From Phyllobates terribilis (Eukaryota): 64,000 bases of DNA. The position numbers and the translations under genes are program-made. This document shows, piece after piece, positions 48,223-59,133 of the stretch. Below the pieces are notes generated by a model that saw nothing but the letters and a program-made list of their open reading frames with translations, did not search any database and was not told the origin of the DNA. Location: NCBI RefSeq assembly GCF_046119375.1, contig NW_027362767.1:260896001-260960000 (forward strand). The letters run 5' to 3'. The first letter of the stretch is position 1; every line of letters begins with the position of its first letter.

Positions 48223-48558
48223 GTACGTACTGCTGGAATATTACTATGGGGGGATTGTGGATGGCTGCACCCTAAAACTGCCCGACAAATGTAAAATTGT
48301 ACTCTTCTGAGTGACTACCAAAAAATGAGTTGGTAACAGGATTCTCCAGGACAGTACGATTATGGCAATACCAAACTTGTATACAGTAGTTTTTATTATA
48401 GTGGTTAAAAAAGTCAGAACTTGAAAAAAACATCATGGAGCTAGAAGGATATTTATTGGAAATTTTAGGAATAAATGGCAATTAAAGGGGCTGTCCATTT
48501 TTGAAGAACTCCTGTCCTGGCATCACGTGTAGGAAAGTTTTTCTTTTTTCTCCCCTAG

Positions 48559-48656
48559 GGGCTCGGCCTTGGCAAATACGTTATCTCAGTACATCCAGGC
48601 GGTCCTGTTATTCCTCTACATTGTGTGGAGGAGGCTCCACGTGGACACATGGGGAG
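48559..48656 (+). CDS. SLC47A: SLC47A exon 8: GSALANTLSQYIQAVLLFLYIVWRRLHVDTWG(G)
   Basis: cctag/gtacc, 98 nt. Confidence 0.95.
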
Positions 48657-49404
48657 GTACCGGCCAGCAGAGCTCACGTCCTGAATCGTATATTATTATA
48701 ATACTTGTCCTGCTCATTTTTTGTACTTTCAAATTCATTCTATTGTCTTCTGTTATCAGCCAATCCAGGCTAACTACAGTGTTCCTCAATAGGATGGCCT
48801 AAGTGGAAGATGTTTCATGGGATCCCTAAGTCCCAAAGGTTTTTTTTAATACTCTTTGGGCCCAATTCCTCATTTGTGCTATTTTTGTCCCTTTTTTCAT
48901 GTTGATATTTTTTTGCACCAAATTCTTGAATTGATGAATTTTGTGCAAATTAAAAAAAATGCAATTTATTTTTGTCTTTGAACAGTTTTAGACTTTTTAG
49001 CTCAAAAAGTTTCATCTTCTGCTAAAAATTGTAAAATTTGTGCTGAAATGTCTATCCCACATAAAATTACTCCAGGAGGGACTGGAGTACATTTGAGCCA
49101 AACTTTACAACTTCCTAAGGTCTCTATTGATGAATTAGTTTAATATATTTGGAAACTCCAAACCTTGGCCGCAGTGGTGAATGTGAAAAAACAAACAGGC
49201 GAACATATAAAATAGACAAAAAAAAAAAAGCGCAAAGCAAAAGAAGACAGCGCAAATGAAAAACATGTGAAAAACATGAAAAAAATATACAAAAAAAGGC
49301 TCAAATGCAATAATTACATTGAGCTCTTTGTGTTTAAATGTTTACCAGTTGCAAGATCTCTGGTTGCTGGCAGTGAATGGAGACGCTCTGCCTTACATCA
49401 TGAG

Positions 49405-49711
49405 TAGTGATGAGCGAGTATGTTCTCTTAACCCTTTTGGCGAGCATGCTCGGGCGAACACCGAGTATCTTCAGCTCAGCATGCTTGGGTGTTATGTTTC
49501 AGTCTCTCTGTGTGCGACTGTTTGACAGCTTTAATACATGTGAGGAATGTCTGTTTCTTAGGCATTCCTCACATGTATTAAAGTTGTCAAACAGTCGCAA
49601 ATCATGCACACAGAGAGACTGAAACATAACACCCGAGCATGCTGAAGAAACTTGGTGTTTGTCCGAGCATGCTCGCCAAAAGGGTTAACAGAACATACTC
49701 GCTCATCACTA
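49405..49711. mobile_element. Palindromic hAT MITE (307 bp) sharing its TIR with the hAT at 7947
   Basis: TAGTGATGAGCGAG at both ends. Perfect 8-bp TSD ATCATGAG. Confidence 0.92.
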
Positions 49712-49729
49712 ATCATGAGTTAATGAAAA

Positions 49730-50073
49730 GGCTCTGCTCACATGTGCGTTATGTACATATTTTGGTTCCTACAATGGACACCATAATGGGATCAGTCTTC
49801 TTTGTTTCGTATTTTTGGCCGCATCTGCGATCTTCTTTATCAATGTGAACAAACCCAAAACTGACAAGACTCAAAACATCTCACAGTTGAGAGTTTGTTA
49901 CAACTGCATCAGTCTAAACAGTCCTCTGTGAGTTAAACATGTCACTCTCCTGTCCTGACAGTTTGTTGCAGTGTATCAGTGCAGCGTGACAGATTACGAT
50001 TGTTTCCATTTATTGACATCAGACAGAAACAAGAAATTAATATGAAATTAGTTTGATGCATAGTGAATGGGGC
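49730..50073. mobile_element. Probable old Harbinger-type MITE ending 20 nt before exon 9
   Basis: GGCTCTGCTCAC ... GTGAATGGGGC|TTA. The TIR matches 7/11, and all mismatches are transitions. Confidence 0.4.
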
Positions 50074-50093
50074 TTAACTGCGGCTTTTCCCAG

Positions 50094-50207
50094 GGTGGTC
50101 CGTTGCCTGCTTTGAGGACTGGGGCCCCTTCATCCGTCTCGCCATTCCCAGCATGCTGATGGTCTGTGCAGAATGGTGGGCATTTGAGATTGGAATCATA
50201 TTGTCCG
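50094..50207 (+). CDS. SLC47A: SLC47A exon 9: WSVACFEDWGPFIRLAIPSMLMVCAEWWAFEIGIILS(G)
   Basis: cccag/gtaag, 114 nt. The EWWAFE motif (E273/E278 equivalents) is intact. Confidence 0.97.
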
Positions 50208-50679
50208 GTAAGTTAAAGCCTCTCTGTAGTCTGGCCGGATGCCATACTGCATCCTGATTCTTTTTTTTTTCTCCTTGGGATAAGCGGAGTCAGGCAGCCA
50301 CTTATCCTTATGTGCACTATACACCACTGCATGCTGTGTACAGCTGAAACCAGATGTTTCCATACACTATATAAAAAGACACATCTGCATGTTTTTCTCA
50401 ATATCTGACATGAAATCAGAATAAACCTTTCCTGTTTTAGGTCAGTTAGGATTACCATCATTTTTAATATTTGCCAAATGCCAGAATAATGAGAGAGAGA
50501 GAATGTTTTAAGGCATTTTTATTACTTACTGCAAAGTCTAAAGTTTACATTCACTAAGACTTCTATGCCTTTAAACAATTCTGGACGGCCTATATGATGA
50601 TGTCATGTGTTTGGAAGCTTCTGACTTCTGTTTTTTTGGCAACATCTGAGTTAATTAGAGACACACCTGTGGATGTATT

Positions 50680-51699
50680 CTTCTGATGGCCCCCGGTCTC
50701 CTGTACGATGCGTCCGGTGTCTTCGGCGGCTCGCAGTGGTGTAAAAGGACCTTCCATGACGTCATTCAGTGACAGGTCACACGACCGCAACGTCGGCACA
50801 GCACATGCGGATTATCATAGGGGACCATGGGGCACGTATTACCAAGCATTTTTTAAGCATTTTCGATGGGGAAATTCCGCGTCAAAAAGCTTGAAAAACG
50901 CATAGTGGGCACGCAGCCTTAGGCGGATTGTACATGCGTTTTTCCTGCCAGGGACATGTGGATGTGAAGCGTTATTCACATGCGTTTCCGCATGCGGGTT
51001 GACAAGCGCTTTCCAGGTGATTTTAGCATCACTAGGAAAGTGCTTGACAACTAGGTCACACTATATAAATCCATACAACCAGCATATATAGTGTGACCCG
51101 AGAGAGTGGTTAAAAATAAAAAATAAACCTATACTTACCTTCTGATGACCCGCGCTGTCTTGCTGCGCTCCTGTGCTGGCTGCCGGCAGATCGTGGTACG
51201 CTGTACTGAAGGACCTGCCGTCACATGACTGTGACATCACTGCAGGTCCTTCAGTCCTGCGCGATCTATCGGCAAGCACAGGGAAGGAGTCCGGGGGCCG
51301 TCGGAAGGTGAATATAATCTTTATTTTTTATTTTATTCTTTTTTTACAGCTTTTAATGGTACCTGGGTGTGGAGGAGAGTCTCCTCTCCTCTACACCCGG
51401 GTACCATCCGCACATTAGAACGCACCAATTACACAAGTACAGATTCAGTCTTGCGGAATTGGCGCGTTCTAATGCAAGTCAATGGCGGCGAAAACGCAGC
51501 ACTTCCGCAAAATTAATGGACATGCTGCGGATTTTTGAGCGCAGCATAAACGCTGCATAAAAATACGCAGCATGGCCATTGAAAGTGCGGAATTGCATTG
51601 GAGACCATGGGGGAAGGTTTACCAAGCGTTTCCCAAGCGTTTACGCTGCGGAAATTAAGCAGCATAAATGCTTGAAAAACGCATCGTGGGCACATAGCC
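50680..51699. mobile_element. Two one-ended family-H MITE pieces in tandem (ends at 50918 and 51699)
   Basis: Both end GTGGGCAC(G/A)(C/T)AGCC|TTA. The left TIRs are absent. Confidence 0.75.
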
Positions 51700-51887
51700 T
51701 TATTGTTATTCTGATTTTCTGAGTGGATAACCCAAAGCAAACAACTACAGTAGGTTTACTTGCTGTAGTAACTATCCCTTTGTTGGGAGCTGATAGCAAA
51801 CAATAGTTTATCATGGATTGCAAGGGAACTTAATGTCAATAGTTTTCAAAGCACCGAGTAATGGGTAAATCCTGCTGACGGCGTTAA

Positions 51888-52502
51888 GCCCCCATCTCAC
51901 ATAGCGAGATCGCTAGCGAGATCGCTGCTGTGTCACGGTTTTGGTGACGCAACAGCGACCTCACCAGCGATGTCGCTATGTGTGACACTTTGCAGCGATC
52001 AGGCCCCTGCTGTGAGATCGCTGCAAAGTGTCCTGGACCATTTTTTGGTCGTTGCTCTCCCGCTGGTCAGCACACATCGCTGTGTGTGACCAGCGGGAGC
52101 AGCGATCAGGCTGGTAACTATGGTAAACATCGGGTTACTAGGGGCACACACGCACCTAGTAACCCGCTGTTTATCATGGTTACGAGCCTGCTAAAGTGAG
52201 CGGTAATCTCCCGCTCACCGTAGTAGAGTGGTAACCATGATAAACAGCGGGTTACTAGGTGCGCGTGTGCCCCTAGTAACCCGATGTTTATCATGGTTAC
52301 CAGCCTGCTCCTGCTTTAGCAGGCTGGTAACCGGAGCAGGACATCGTGGAAAGATTCTTTCCACGATGTCGCTGCTCCCCTGATCGTTGGTGAGCCTGCC
52401 TGTTTGACAGCTCACCAGCGACCACATAGCGACGCAGCAATGATCCCTGACAGGTCGTATCGTTGTCGGGATCGCTGCAGCGTCGCTAAGTGTGACGGGG
52501 CC
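51888..52502. mobile_element. Second copy of the 6233 MITE, opposite orientation
   Basis: Reverse-complement match along its length. Flanks TTAA/TTTA. Confidence 0.85.
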
Positions 52503-52843
52503 TTTAGCTGCAGCTGTACTCACTTGCTTCCAAGGCGTGCATCCGACGGTAGATTTTAGATAGACGTAGCATGATGTGCTTACTTTCTTGATCCACATGG
52601 AGCGTTGGCGTCTGGTAGAAGGTAGTGGGTAATTATCACCCTCTGTAGTGCGGAGTAGAATCCGTGTATCCTGTGCAGCCTGCAGCACGGGCTACACGTG
52701 TGCACATGAAAAGGAGAAAGTAGGTATCACAGAGCCACAGGCTCTCCGGCGGGCAGCGTCCCTGATTACCAACCTCTGTTGAACGTGTGCTGGGATGCCG
52801 CGTGACGTCACTGGGTACAAGGAGTTTGAAAGCCAAAAAGCAG

Positions 52844-52888
52844 ACCAACCAGTTTCGGGGAATCCTCAATCCCCCTTCATCAGGGTAC
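52844..52888 (-). ncRNA. Minimal type-I hammerhead ribozyme, probably from a Penelope terminal repeat
   Basis: The minus strand reads ACC-CUGAUGA-A-GGGGGA(UUGAGGA)UUCCCC-GAAAC-UG-GUU-GGU. Confidence 0.7.
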
Positions 52889-53034
52889 CCTGGCGGATTT
52901 TCTATCTATTTTAACAATTTCAAGATACCTGAAGGTGCCTCGTTCATCTCTACAAACAATTAAACGCAAGTGCAAACAAGCCATCATACCGCTCAGTAAG
53001 GAGATGGGTTCTGTGTCCCAGAGATGAGTGTGCT

Positions 53035-53843
53035 TTGGTCCGACATGTGCATATCAACCCAAGGACAAAAGCAAAAGACCTTGTGAAGATGATGGCGGAA
53101 GCTGGTAAGATTGTGTCAATAACCACAGTGAAACAAGTACTGTATCAACATAAGCTGAAAGGCCACTCTGCCAGAAAGAAGCCACTACTCCAAAAGAAAC
53201 ATAAAAAAGCCAGATTAATGTTTGCAAATGCACACAAGAACAAAGACCTTCATTTTTGGAGACATGTCCAGTGGTCTGATGAAACTAAAATGAAATTTTC
53301 TGGGCATAATGACCATCGTTACGTTTGGAGGAAAAAGGGAGAAGCTTGGAAGCCTAAGAATACCATCCAAACTGTGAAACATGGGGGTGGCAGCATCATG
53401 TTGTGGGGTTGTTTTGCTGCAGGAGGGACTGGTGCACTTCACAAAATAGATGGCATTATGAGAAAAGAAGATCATGTGGCAATACTGAAGCAACATCTCA
53501 AGACATCAGCCAGGAAGTTAAAGCTTAGGCGGAAATGGGTCTTCCAAATGGACAATGACCCAAAGCATACTGCCAAAATTGTAAGAAAGTGGCTTAAGGA
53601 TAACAAAGTCAATGTTTTGGAGTGGCCATCACAGAGCACAGATCTCAATCCTATTGAAAATTTATGGGCAAAGCTGAAAAGGCAGGTGTGAGCAAGGCGA
53701 TGTACAAACCTGGATCAGTTACTCCAGTTTTGTCAGGAGGAATGGGCCCAAATTCCGACTAACTATTGTGAGAAGCTTGTGGAAGGATATCCCAAATGTT
53801 TCACCCAAGTCATTCAGTTTAAGGGCAATGGTACCAAATACTA
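53035..53843 (+). pseudogene. SB-like DD34E transposase; catalytic domain open 53035-53691, then a stop
   Basis: WSDETK, TVKHGGGSIMLWGCFAAGGTGALHKIDGIMRKE, FQMDNDPKHT, LNPIENLW. Confidence 0.92.
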
Positions 53844-54127
53844 ATGAAATGTATGTAAACTTTTGACTTTGCAGTAAGTAATAAAAATGCCTTAAACATT
53901 CTCTCTCTCTCTCATTATTCTGCCATTTGGCAAATATTAAAAATGATGGTAATCCTAACTGACCTAAAACGGGAAAGGTTTATTCTGATTTCATGTCAGA
54001 TATTGAGAAAAACATGCAGAAGTGTCTTTTTATACAGTGTATGTAAACCTCTGGTTTCAACTGTATGCCAATCACAGAAGGACCATTATAATACATTGCG
54101 AGCTATAATAATTCTCCATCCTCTCAG

Positions 54128-54195
54128 GGGTCCTCAGCATGGAAGATCTCGGTGCTCAAACGATTATCTATCAGATGGCCGTGATTGCCTTCATG
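54128..54195 (+). CDS. SLC47A: SLC47A exon 10: VLSMEDLGAQTIIYQMAVIAFM
   Basis: ctcag/gtaag, 68 nt. Confidence 0.95.
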
Positions 54196-54381
54196 GTAAG
54201 GACCCCCATTCTTTTGTCTCGTCTTACCCCCTTCTGTGCCGACCATATATAATCCCCTGCCACGATTCATGAGAAGCAGCACCTAACTAAGCAGCGCTGC
54301 AGGGACCTAAGGGACCACAAGGAGCAGAGTCCACTGGGGTGGGGACAGGTCTTATAATGCGGCACTGTTTCCGCTCTACAG

Positions 54382-54490
54382 GTGCCAATAGGGTTCAGTA
54401 TCGCGGCCAGCGTCCAGGTGGGTCATGCCGTCGGGGCAGGAGACATTGTACAAGCCAAGAAATCAATGGTTGTCGCCATATCAATGGCAG
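54382..54490 (+). CDS. SLC47A: SLC47A exon 11: VPIGFSIAASVQVGHAVGAGDIVQAKKSMVVAISMA
   Basis: tacag/gtaat, 109 nt. Confidence 0.95.
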
Positions 54491-54718
54491 GTAATGAAGA
54501 AACTGCTCCACAAACATCACATAAAAGGACACTGCAGCCTTCTGAAACACTCTGCTGCTGTGGTTTCCGCCACATATCAGTAGATGCCATCCCACTTTTC
54601 CACAATCATTGCTATTATGACCTTGTCCTTACTATTGTTATCACAAATGCCGACTCTTCTGAAATACTCTGTGCTGCATTGGAACCAGCTATATGATTTA
54701 GCCTTTTTTTTGCTACAG

Positions 54719-54794
54719 AATCCTGTGCCCTGGTAACTTCCATTCTGCTATTAAGCCTGAAGAATGTGATCGGCTACATTTTCACTTCAGATGA
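54719..54794 (+). CDS. SLC47A: SLC47A exon 12: (E)SCALVTSILLLSLKNVIGYIFTSD(E)
   Basis: tacag/gtaag, 76 nt. Confidence 0.95.
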
Positions 54795-55002
54795 GTAAGA
54801 GGGGGCACTGTTCCTTTAAATGTTTCGTCACAGGATGTGTAATATCCAGCAGACATACTGCCACTGTTTATGCTTGGCTATGTCTGGAGACTGCTCTGGT
54901 TCTTTGGTGTTTGCTGTCTGTAAATCGGCCAAAACTGCAATTGTCTGTAGAAGTAAAAGGGAGATTCTGCCTACACTGACCACCTGTGACCGTCCCCCCG
55001 CT

Positions 55003-57025
55003 GGATGTAGCTCAGGATCAGTAATGTAATGTATGTACACAGTGACTGCACCAGCAGAATAGTGAGTGCAGCTCTGGAGTATAATACAGGAGGTAACTCA
55101 GGATCAGTACAAGATAAGTAATGTAATGTATGTACACAGTGACTCCACCAGCAGAATAGTGAGTGCAGCTCTGGAGTATAATACAGGATGTAACTCAGGA
55201 TCAGTACAGGATCAGTAATGTAATGTATGTACACAGTGACTGCACCAGCAGAATAGTGAGTGCAGCTCTGGAGTATAATACAGGAGGTAACTCAGGATCA
55301 GTACAAGATAAGTAATGTAATGTATGTACACAGTGACTCCACCAGCAGAATAGTGAGTGCTGCTCTGGAGTATAATACAGGATGTAACTCAGGATCAGTA
55401 CAGGATAAGTAATGTAATGTATGTACACAGTGACTGCACCAGCAGAATAGTGAGTGCAGCTCTGGGGTATAATACAGGATGTAACTCAGGATCAGTAATG
55501 TAATGTATGTACACAGTGACTGCACCAGCAGAATAGTGAGTGCAGCTCTGGAGTATAACACAGGATGTAACTCAGGATCAGTACAGGATAAGTAATGTAA
55601 TGTATGTACACAGTGACTCCACCAGCAGAATAGTGAGTGCTGCTCTGGAGTATAATACAGGATGTAACTCAGGATCAGTACAGGATAAGTAATGTAATGT
55701 ATGTACACAGTGACTGCACCAGCAGAATAGTGAGTGCAGCACTGGAGTTTAATACAGGAGGTAACTCAGGATCAGTACAGGATAAGTAATGTAATGTATG
55801 TACACAGTGACTGCACCAGCAGAATAGTGAGTGCAGCTCTGGAGTATAATACAGGAGGTAACTCAGGATCAGTACAAGATAAGTAATGTAATGTATGTAC
55901 ACAGTGACTCCACCAGCAGAATAGTGAGTGCTGCTCTGGAGTATAATACAGGATGTAACTCAGGATCAGTACAGGATAAGTAATGTAATGTATGTACACA
56001 GTGACTGCACCAGCAGAATAGTGAGTGCAGCTCTGGGGTATAATACAGGATGTAACTCAGGATCAGTACAGGATAAGTAATGTAATGTATGTACACAGTG
56101 ACTGCACCAGCAGAATAGTGAGTGCAGCTCTGGAGTATAACACAGGATGTAACTCAGGATCAGTACAGGATAAGTAATGTAATGTATGTACACAGTGACT
56201 CCACCAGCAGAATAGTGAGTGCTGCTCTGGAGTATAATACAGGATGTAACTCAGGATCAGTACAGGATAAGTAATGTAATGTATGTACACAGTGACTGCA
56301 CCAGCAGAATAGTGAGTGCAGCTCTGGAGTATAATACAGGATGTAACTCAGGATCAGTACAGGATAAGTAATGTAATGTATGTACACAGTGACTGCACCA
56401 GCATAATAGTGAGTGCAGCTCTGGAGTATAATACAGGAGGTAACTCAGGATCAGTACAGGATCAGTAATGTAATGTATGTACACAGTGACTCTAATGTAT
56501 GTCCACCAGCAGAATAGTGAGTGCAGCTCTGGGGTATAATGCAGGATGTAACTCAGGATCAGTACAGGATAAGTAATGTAATGTATGTACACAGTGACTG
56601 CACCAGCAGAATAGTGAGTGCAGCTCTGGGGTATAATGCAGGATGTAACTCAGGATCAGTACAGGATAAGTAATGTAATGTATGTACACAGTGACTGCAC
56701 CAGCAGAATAGTGAGTGCAGCTCTGGAGTATAACACAGGATGTAACTCAGGATCAGTACAGGATAAGTAATGTAATGTATGTACACAGTGACTCCACCAG
56801 CAGAATAGTGAGTGCAGCTCTAGAGTATAATACAGGAGGTAACTCAGGATCAGTACAGGATAAGTAATGTAATGTATGTACACAGTGACTGCTTCAGCAG
56901 AATAGTGAGTGCAGCTCTGGAGTATAATACAAGATGTAACTCAGGATCAGTACAGGATAAGTAATGTAATGTATGTACACAGTGACTGCACCAGCAGAAT
57001 AGTGAGTGCAGCTCTGGAGTATAAT
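55003..57025. repeat. 97-bp satellite, about 21 copies, in intron 12
   Basis: Near-identical ORFs are spaced exactly 97 bp apart (55772, 55869, 55966, 56063, 56160, 56257). Confidence 0.97.
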
Positions 57026-57156
57026 AGAGCATATTTTTATATGTAAAATGGAGACACCCTTTACAGAGAGAACCAAGGTGCGATGTATGTACTGACTTTG
57101 TGAAGTGCAATTATAGTGGGTAGTCATATGTGATAATAACAATCTCTGTCCTATAG

Positions 57157-57226
57157 GGGTATAGTGAAGCTGGTCAGCTACGTTCTTCCTGTATACGCCG
57201 GGAGTCATCTTTGTGATGCATGTGTG
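57157..57226 (+). CDS. SLC47A: SLC47A exon 13: GIVKLVSYVLPVYAGSHLCDACV
   Basis: tatag/gtgag, 70 nt. Confidence 0.93.
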
Positions 57227-57523
57227 GTGAGATTTTTTTTTTCTTTGAAAATGAAGTTCCCATGACATTTGCTGTCCGGGCCCTGGCCATCTTTAACAAT
57301 GTTGTAGGAGCAGTGTAGATGCAGTGATGCCAGAGATATAGATATATATATCTATATCTCTCGACCCAAATAATGCCCTTATGACGCTTGTTACAATTAA
57401 GAACAGGAAGTTTTTTCATAGAGTCAGAGTAAACGCAAAGACATTTTAGCCAGTTGTTCATCTCCGGGGCCATATCATTGGAATTTGATGGTGGTTCACT
57501 CTCTATTCTGTCCTTTCTCGTAG

Positions 57524-57656
57524 GCCACGTGTAGTGGCGTTCTGCGTGGCACTGGAAAGCAGAAAATTGGGGCCATTTTTCATGCTGTCGGCTATTACAT
57601 CATTGGTCTTCCGGTGGGAATCTCCCTAATGTTTGCAGCCAAAATAGGAATACTAG
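57524..57656 (+). CDS. SLC47A: SLC47A exon 14: ATCSGVLRGTGKQKIGAIFHAVGYYIIGLPVGISLMFAAKIGIL(G)
   Basis: cgtag/gtaat, 133 nt. Confidence 0.97.
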
Positions 57657-58148
57657 GTAATCGCTTCTTAAAATCGAATTATCCCATGTATACATCATGT
57701 GTCGTCCATTCCCTACCAAAGATGCGTTTAAGAGTCCTGCTTAGTGCCTTGACCAAACTGTAGCTTTGCTACCAAACATGAAACCCTAAAACTTAAGTGT
57801 AAGAGTGTGACTTTCCTATGAGCTCCCACAATCCACCACACTCTGGGATGTATTAGGATGCAGATCTGGATGCGAGTGGAGGATAAGCATTTTGATTAGA
57901 ACTGTAAAAGATTAAAAGCAGGGTTCCCCTTTCAACTAAAAATCAGCAACATTTTTGATGCAGCTCTTGATGGGAATAGAGCATCAATATTTTATGTAAA
58001 TTGTAATGATAAAACAGTAAGTGTGGAGTTGCCCTTTAAGCACATCACATAGAATATCAATATTTTACAGTGTGAGGAATGTAGAAAACACAAGCTGAAG
58101 TATCAGTATGGCTGCCAATGATATCACCGCTGCCTTGTTTGGTCCTAG

Positions 58149-58243
58149 GGTTCTGGCTCGGGCTCCTGCTCTGCGCTTTCCTGCAGATATTCACTTTCTT
58201 AGTCTTCGTATTCAAGATTGACTGGGAACAGGCGTCACAGGAG
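58149..58243 (+). CDS. SLC47A: SLC47A exon 15: FWLGLLLCAFLQIFTFLVFVFKIDWEQASQE
   Basis: cctag/gtcag, 95 nt. Confidence 0.93.
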
Positions 58244-58320
58244 GTCAGTGTCCCCGAGTTGTAGGGCTGAGCAGCGGTCATGATGTGTGCTGTGACTTCA
58301 CCATCTTATTCCTATCTTAG

Positions 58321-58399
58321 GCACAGGCCAGGGTCAGTCAGAGGGTGACACGAGACTTGCAGAACAATGCAGCCATTTATCAGGGTGCGGCCATGAGCG
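58321..58399 (+). CDS. SLC47A: SLC47A exon 16: AQARVSQRVTRDLQNNAAIYQGAAMS(E)
   Basis: cttag/gtatg, 79 nt. Phase 0 in and phase 1 out fits both neighbouring exons. The sequence is poorly conserved apart from the initial AQ. Confidence 0.8.
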
Positions 58400-58736
58400 G
58401 TATGTAAACCTCTCTTCACCCAGTCGTCCTTTTCAGTCAAGTTGCTAAAATTTCCATTGAGCCTGAGATGCATCTGGTCCTGGGAAAGCTGGGTGCCAAG
58501 CAATGTGTTCACTGTTCCTGGTCATAGGGGTGTTGTTATGCAGGGGGGTACCATCATTGATCCCTGCCATACTGCATAGGGGGCTGGTGCCGAGTCTGGG
58601 GAGGCAGGGAACAACTTGCCAGTAATGGGAGGCCATATTCCTGGTCATATCTGGATGTAAGTGGAGGATAGAAGATGTTGCCCCTTGAGCCCTCGCTCTT
58701 GACCATCGCACTATTGACAATTTCCTAATTTTACAG

Positions 58737-58939
58737 AAATCACAGAAGAGCCCAGGACTTTGAGCTCCACGGACACAGAAGGTGACCAGAGGCCGGACCC
58801 CTTGCAGGTTGACTCCCCACACCCTGAAGGAACCTTTAGACCTTTATCCAGAAAGCAGCTGTTCCTGTGCAGATCTTTAGTTCTCCTCGCCGCGCTCACC
58901 TTACTAATGATTGGGATACTAATAAGGCTATGTGTTTGA
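58737..58939 (+). CDS. SLC47A: SLC47A last exon: ITEEPRTLSSTDTEGDQRPDPLQVDSPHPEGTFRPLSRKQLFLCRSLVLLAALTLLMIGILIRLCV*
   Basis: ttacag acceptor. LSRKQL plus a terminal hydrophobic helix (TM13) as in vertebrate MATE1. The 16 exons total 1551 nt (517 codons including stop). Confidence 0.92.
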
Positions 58940-59127
58940 GCGCAGCTCCAGGGAACTAAATGCAGCCATCGATTAAATCCATGCTGTCCAGGGACATCTT
59001 TCTGCCTCACGGATGATACTGGCAGGGTTTGGACCCATCTGGGCAAAACCGCAGCAGGCAGTAAAGCAGGACTGTGCCAGGAAGGCATCATCACATTTCA
59101 TTTACAGAGAGCTTTATTTTTGGTGAA

Positions 59128-59133
59128 AATAAA
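59128..59133 (+). promoter_or_regulatory. Candidate polyadenylation signal of the SLC47A gene
   Basis: First AATAAA noticed after the stop (about 190 nt downstream). Not verified by transcript data. Confidence 0.45.

Larger units (their letters stand above)
50341..54063 (+). mobile_element. Sleeping Beauty-subfamily Tc1 element in intron 9; its 5' coding part is replaced by other insertions
   Basis: TA|CAGCTGAAACCAGATGTTTCCATACAC ... GTGTATGTAAACCTCTGGTTTCAACTG|TA, with long TIRs. Confidence 0.9.

Noticed and set aside
54382-54696. 104-aa ORF as a stand-alone gene
   Set aside because: Only the first 109 nt are exon 11 of the MATE gene; the rest is intron read-through. The same applies to ORFs 48074, 48569 and 45713.
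54971-57110. Series of 75-aa ORFs spaced 97 bp apart, and a CRISPR-like appearance
   Set aside because: This is a head-to-tail satellite with no unique spacers, in eukaryotic DNA, with no cas genes.
57912-58039. TTAA-flanked segment in intron 14 as a Kolobok MITE
   Set aside because: The terminal inverted match is too weak to support the call.
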